Origin: Chloroflexota bacterium
Lineage (GTDB): Bacteria; Chloroflexota; Dehalococcoidia; Lucifugimonadales; UBA3495
DNA: 46,035 nucleotides
Direction of reading: 5' to 3'
NCBI GenBank assembly: GCA_027623675.1
Contig: JAQBVF010000029.1
Coordinates: 1 to 46,035, forward strand
Of this stretch, positions 43,098 through 46,035 are shown in pieces. The position numbers and the translations under genes were made by a program. Each line of letters starts with the position of its first letter. Within the stretch, counting starts at the first letter, position 1. The notes under the pieces were generated by a model that saw nothing but the letters and a program-made list of their open reading frames with translations, did not search any database and was not told the origin of the DNA.

Positions 43098-43310
43098 TCA
43101 GGCCAACATGGGACGCCGGCCTTTCGGTTTGGGAATCGGGTCGCCGAACTCCTTGGAAGTGTCGATCCAGAGCTGGACCGCGTCTTGGGCCGCAGCCAGT
43201 GCCTCCTCTTGCGATTCCCCGTGAGTGATGCATCCGGAAAGCTCTGGTACCTCCGCGACGAAAACCTTGTCCTCTTCGGACCAGTATAGGATTATTTCAT
43301 ATTTGTGCAT
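43098..43310 (-). CDS. hicB: HicB-family antitoxin (short form)
   Basis: YEIILYWSEED..FVAEVPEL.GCITHGES.EEAL...WI......G.PIP.P. Confidence 0.9.
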   Translation of the reverse strand: MHKYEIILYWSEEDKVFVAEVPELSGCITHGESQEEALAAAQDAVQLWIDTSKEFGDPIPKPKGRRPMLA

Positions 43311-43564
43311 CAGCCCTCGTGGCCGTAGCCGTATTTCAGAATCATGGCTCTTACTTGCCGGACTTGGTAAACCTTCGCTTTGCTGCCGTCTCTCTGCAAG
43401 TTGATGCGCTCATCCACACCGTTTTTCCGAAAAATAGGGTGACTGTCTCTGACTCGCTCTTCGAACCCTAAGCGCAAAAGCAATTGGCGGAGATGGTTGA
43501 ATGGAATATTTGAATCTGAAGCACCGCCTAAAACCCGGGAAAGTATTCTATCGTTAGTTGACAC
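43310..43564 (-). CDS. hicA: HicA-family toxin
   Basis: NIPFNHL..LL..LGF...SH.IF...INLQ..G.KAKVYQVRQV. Stop overlaps the hicB start. GTG start at 43564. Confidence 0.85.
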   Translation of the reverse strand: MSTNDRILSRVLGGASDSNIPFNHLRQLLLRLGFEERVRDSHPIFRKNGVDERINLQRDGSKAKVYQVRQVRAMILKYGYGHEG

Positions 43565-43631
43565 GTTACCGCCCCAGGTCATTATCTGGGCCGTAAGGTT
43601 GACCAGTCAACCTGGTCTCCTCTTGCCCATC

Positions 43632-44714
43632 TTACGTCCCCCGGATAACCGCCTCGCACATCTGGGCGCCCAGCAGCACCTCGGAGATTACGGCTGTCTC
43701 CCAGGTGGTATGGAAATCGCGGACCCCGATGCCCACCGGTATGGCTGTGATTCCCTTCTCGATGAATACATTGGCGTCGGACCCACCGCCGGTGGACTCC
43801 AAGATGGGCTCCAGACCCATGCCGGCCAGCGCCCGCCCGATGGTGGCTACGGCCTGGCTGTCGGCGGCCACATGGTAGGCCTGATAGGTGTTCACGATTT
43901 CCAGGTCTATCTTGGCCTCGCGGTACCGGGAGGCGACTTCGTCGAACACGCTGCGGAACTTGCGCTCCACATCGGCCAGCTTCTCGTTGTCCCGGCTGCG
44001 GAATTCGCCGTCCAAGAACGCCTGCTCGGGGATGATGTTGCGCTTCAGGCCGCCCTCAAGCCGCCCGATGTTGGCGGTGGTCTCTTCGTCGATGCGTCCC
44101 AGGGGCAGCCGGCCCAGTATCTCGGCGGCGATGATCAGGGCGGAGATGCCCTTCTCGGGTTCCAGCCCGGCATGGGCGGCGCGCCCGGTAATGGTGGCGG
44201 TAACCACGTTCTGAGAAGGCGCCGACACGCAGATGCGGTTGGGCGGGCCTTCGCCGTCGAAAACGATGCCCTCTTTAGACTTGATCATGCTGAAGTCGAG
44301 ATGGTGTGCCCCCACCAGGCCGCCCTCCTCATGGCGGGTGAACACGACCTCGATGGCCCGGTTGCTGCCACCCGGCTCCAACGCCGCGGTGAGGGCTTCT
44401 AGGACGATGGCCACCCCGGCTTTGCAGTCGCCGCCCAAGATGGTGCTGCCATCGGAGCGCAGCACGCCCCCGTCAATCACGGGCTTGATACCCCGGCCCG
44501 GCTCCACGGTGTCCAGATGGGCGGAGAGCATCACCGGTTGGCCCTGCCCTGGCAGTGAGGCAATCACATTGTTGTAAGAGTCATGGGACACCTTCAGTCC
44601 CAAGGCTGCCAGGCGGGAGCTTACCTCCCGGTCCATGGCGTCTTCCTCCCCGCTGGGGCTGTCAATCTTAATCATCTCGATCAGGGTTCTTACCAACCGT
44701 TCCTGGTCTGCCAC
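43632..44714 (-). CDS. M20/M25/M40-family metallohydrolase (peptidase T-like)
   Basis: IDSPSGEE, AHLDTVEPG, ILGGDCKAG, HEEGGL.GA, GRAAHAG..PEKG, GGGSDAN, FHT..E. GTG start at 44714 with GGAG RBS. Confidence 0.92.
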   Translation of the reverse strand: MADQERLVRTLIEMIKIDSPSGEEDAMDREVSSRLAALGLKVSHDSYNNVIASLPGQGQPVMLSAHLDTVEPGRGIKPVIDGGVLRSDGSTILGGDCKAGVAIVLEALTAALEPGGSNRAIEVVFTRHEEGGLVGAHHLDFSMIKSKEGIVFDGEGPPNRICVSAPSQNVVTATITGRAAHAGLEPEKGISALIIAAEILGRLPLGRIDEETTANIGRLEGGLKRNIIPEQAFLDGEFRSRDNEKLADVERKFRSVFDEVASRYREAKIDLEIVNTYQAYHVAADSQAVATIGRALAGMGLEPILESTGGGSDANVFIEKGITAIPVGIGVRDFHTTWETAVISEVLLGAQMCEAVIRGT

Positions 44715-44836
44715 AGTCTTTCTCCATTCCTCTGGTGGGTACTGACGGATTCCGCCGTTGTCGAATATCGGCCAATTATAGGGCACGCGTTCGCCGCGGG
44801 CGAGTGGGCGTCCGGGCCCATGCTATACTCGGCGAG

Positions 44837-45262
44837 ATGGCTCCAGAGACTCAAAGACCCCAGGTTGGCGTAGGCGTGATATTCGTGCGTGACGGCAAGG
44901 TATTTCTGGCCAAACGGCATGGCGCTCACGGCGAACACACCTGGGCATCGGCGGGCGGTCATTTGGAGAATGGGGAGACGCTCGAAGAATGTGGCCGGCG
45001 GGAAGCCATGGAAGAACTGGGCGTGACGGTGGGCGACATGAGGTTCCTCTGTTTCAGCAACATCATCGCCTACGGCAAGCACTACGTGGACGTGGAGTTT
45101 ATCGGCGACATCGGCGACCAGGAGCCCCGCTTGATGGAACCGGACGCCTTCTACGAAAGCGGCTGGCATCCTCTGGACGACCTGCCGGAGCCATTGTTCC
45201 ACGCTGTGCGGTACGCGCTGGAAAGCTACGAAACCGGGGAACATTACTTTCCCGGCGGCTAA
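44837..45262 (+). CDS. NUDIX hydrolase (MutT/NUDT15-like)
   Basis: RPQVGVGV, Nudix box GGHLENGETLEECGRREAMEELG, HYV, EPRLMEPD...W..L..LP.PLF. Confidence 0.92.
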   Translation: MAPETQRPQVGVGVIFVRDGKVFLAKRHGAHGEHTWASAGGHLENGETLEECGRREAMEELGVTVGDMRFLCFSNIIAYGKHYVDVEFIGDIGDQEPRLMEPDAFYESGWHPLDDLPEPLFHAVRYALESYETGEHYFPGG

Positions 45263-45304
45263 AACACGGCATTCAACAAACAGAATCTAGGTTTGGAGGC
45301 AGAT

Positions 45305-45997
45305 ATGGCGGCGAAGAAAGGCGACGGCCTGCTGATGGTCTACAGCGACGTGGCGGCCGAACACGACGAAGAGTACAACCGGTGGTACAACGAGGAGCAC
45401 ATCCCCGAGCGCCTGTCCATTCCCGGCGTGCTGAACGCCGCCCGGTACGAGGCGGTGCAGGGCGGACCAAAGTACCTGGCCTGTTACGAATTGGCTTCGG
45501 TCGACGCGTGGCACTCGGACGCCTGGCAGAAGTGGCTCAAGGAGCCCACCGAGTGGTCCAAGCGCATGTCGCCCAGCGTGATCGGCACCAAATACATCCG
45601 GAACCTGTACACCCGCATCTACCCGGACGACGTTTCGGAGGAGACGGCCAACGCCGGCATGGCGCCGGTGATCCTGGTGGGGCGGATGTCCGTGCCGGAG
45701 GGAATGGACGAGAAGTTCAACCACGCCTACAACACGGAGCGTTTGCCCGAGGCTCTGAAGATCCCAGGCTACATCCGGGCCAGGCGGTGGCAGGCGGTCA
45801 TGGGCGCGCCCAAGTACTCGACGGTGCACGAGATGGAGTCCATGGACGTGGTTAACGGCGAGGGCTGGAAGGCCTGGAGTCCCATGGTCACGCCGGTCTG
45901 GAACTCTGAGATTCGACCCCACATGGTCCACGAAGAGGGATCGCCGGGCGTTTTCAAGCGGATATTCCGAGCTAATATCAGAAGTTGTGGAAATTGA
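45305..45997 (+). CDS. Tandem-domain EthD/DUF4286-like (dimeric alpha-beta barrel) protein
   Basis: Two internal repeats: EEYNRWYNEEHIPERLSIPG...PKYLACYE and EKFNHAYNTERLPEALKIPG...PKYSTVHE. GGAGG RBS before ATG 45305. Confidence 0.75.
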   Translation: MAAKKGDGLLMVYSDVAAEHDEEYNRWYNEEHIPERLSIPGVLNAARYEAVQGGPKYLACYELASVDAWHSDAWQKWLKEPTEWSKRMSPSVIGTKYIRNLYTRIYPDDVSEETANAGMAPVILVGRMSVPEGMDEKFNHAYNTERLPEALKIPGYIRARRWQAVMGAPKYSTVHEMESMDVVNGEGWKAWSPMVTPVWNSEIRPHMVHEEGSPGVFKRIFRANIRSCGN

Positions 45998-46035
45998 GTG
46001 ACGCCGACTGAAAAGAAGGCGTACCCTTCCAGCAA

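Overview
GC-rich bacterial chromosome segment, probably Chloroflexota (Dehalococcoidia/SAR202-like), inferred from a stand-alone 16S rRNA gene with a short V7 helix and from several luciferase-like monooxygenase, SDR and VOC genes. It holds core genes (thiL-tsaE-tsaB-X-ndk, rsfS, gltBD, pyk, cysH), a five-gene Dpp/Opp-type ABC importer, and a thiolase/DUF35 pair. Accessory elements include a complete IS1595-family element with a cargo gene inserted in a REP-like hairpin, an MNT antitoxin whose HEPN partner appears replaced by an HhH-GPD-like gene, a hicAB pair, and a tandem SDR duplication with one broken copy. The most notable signal is a ferredoxin:thioredoxin reductase catalytic subunit. 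Its apparent TGA stop falls exactly on the redox-active Cys of the CHC motif and is followed by a SECIS-like hairpin and 55 more sense codons, so it is probably a selenoprotein that ordinary ORF calling truncates. Several candidate structured RNAs and short intergenic tandem repeats were also seen. All calls come from reading motifs by eye; no searches or folding programs were run.
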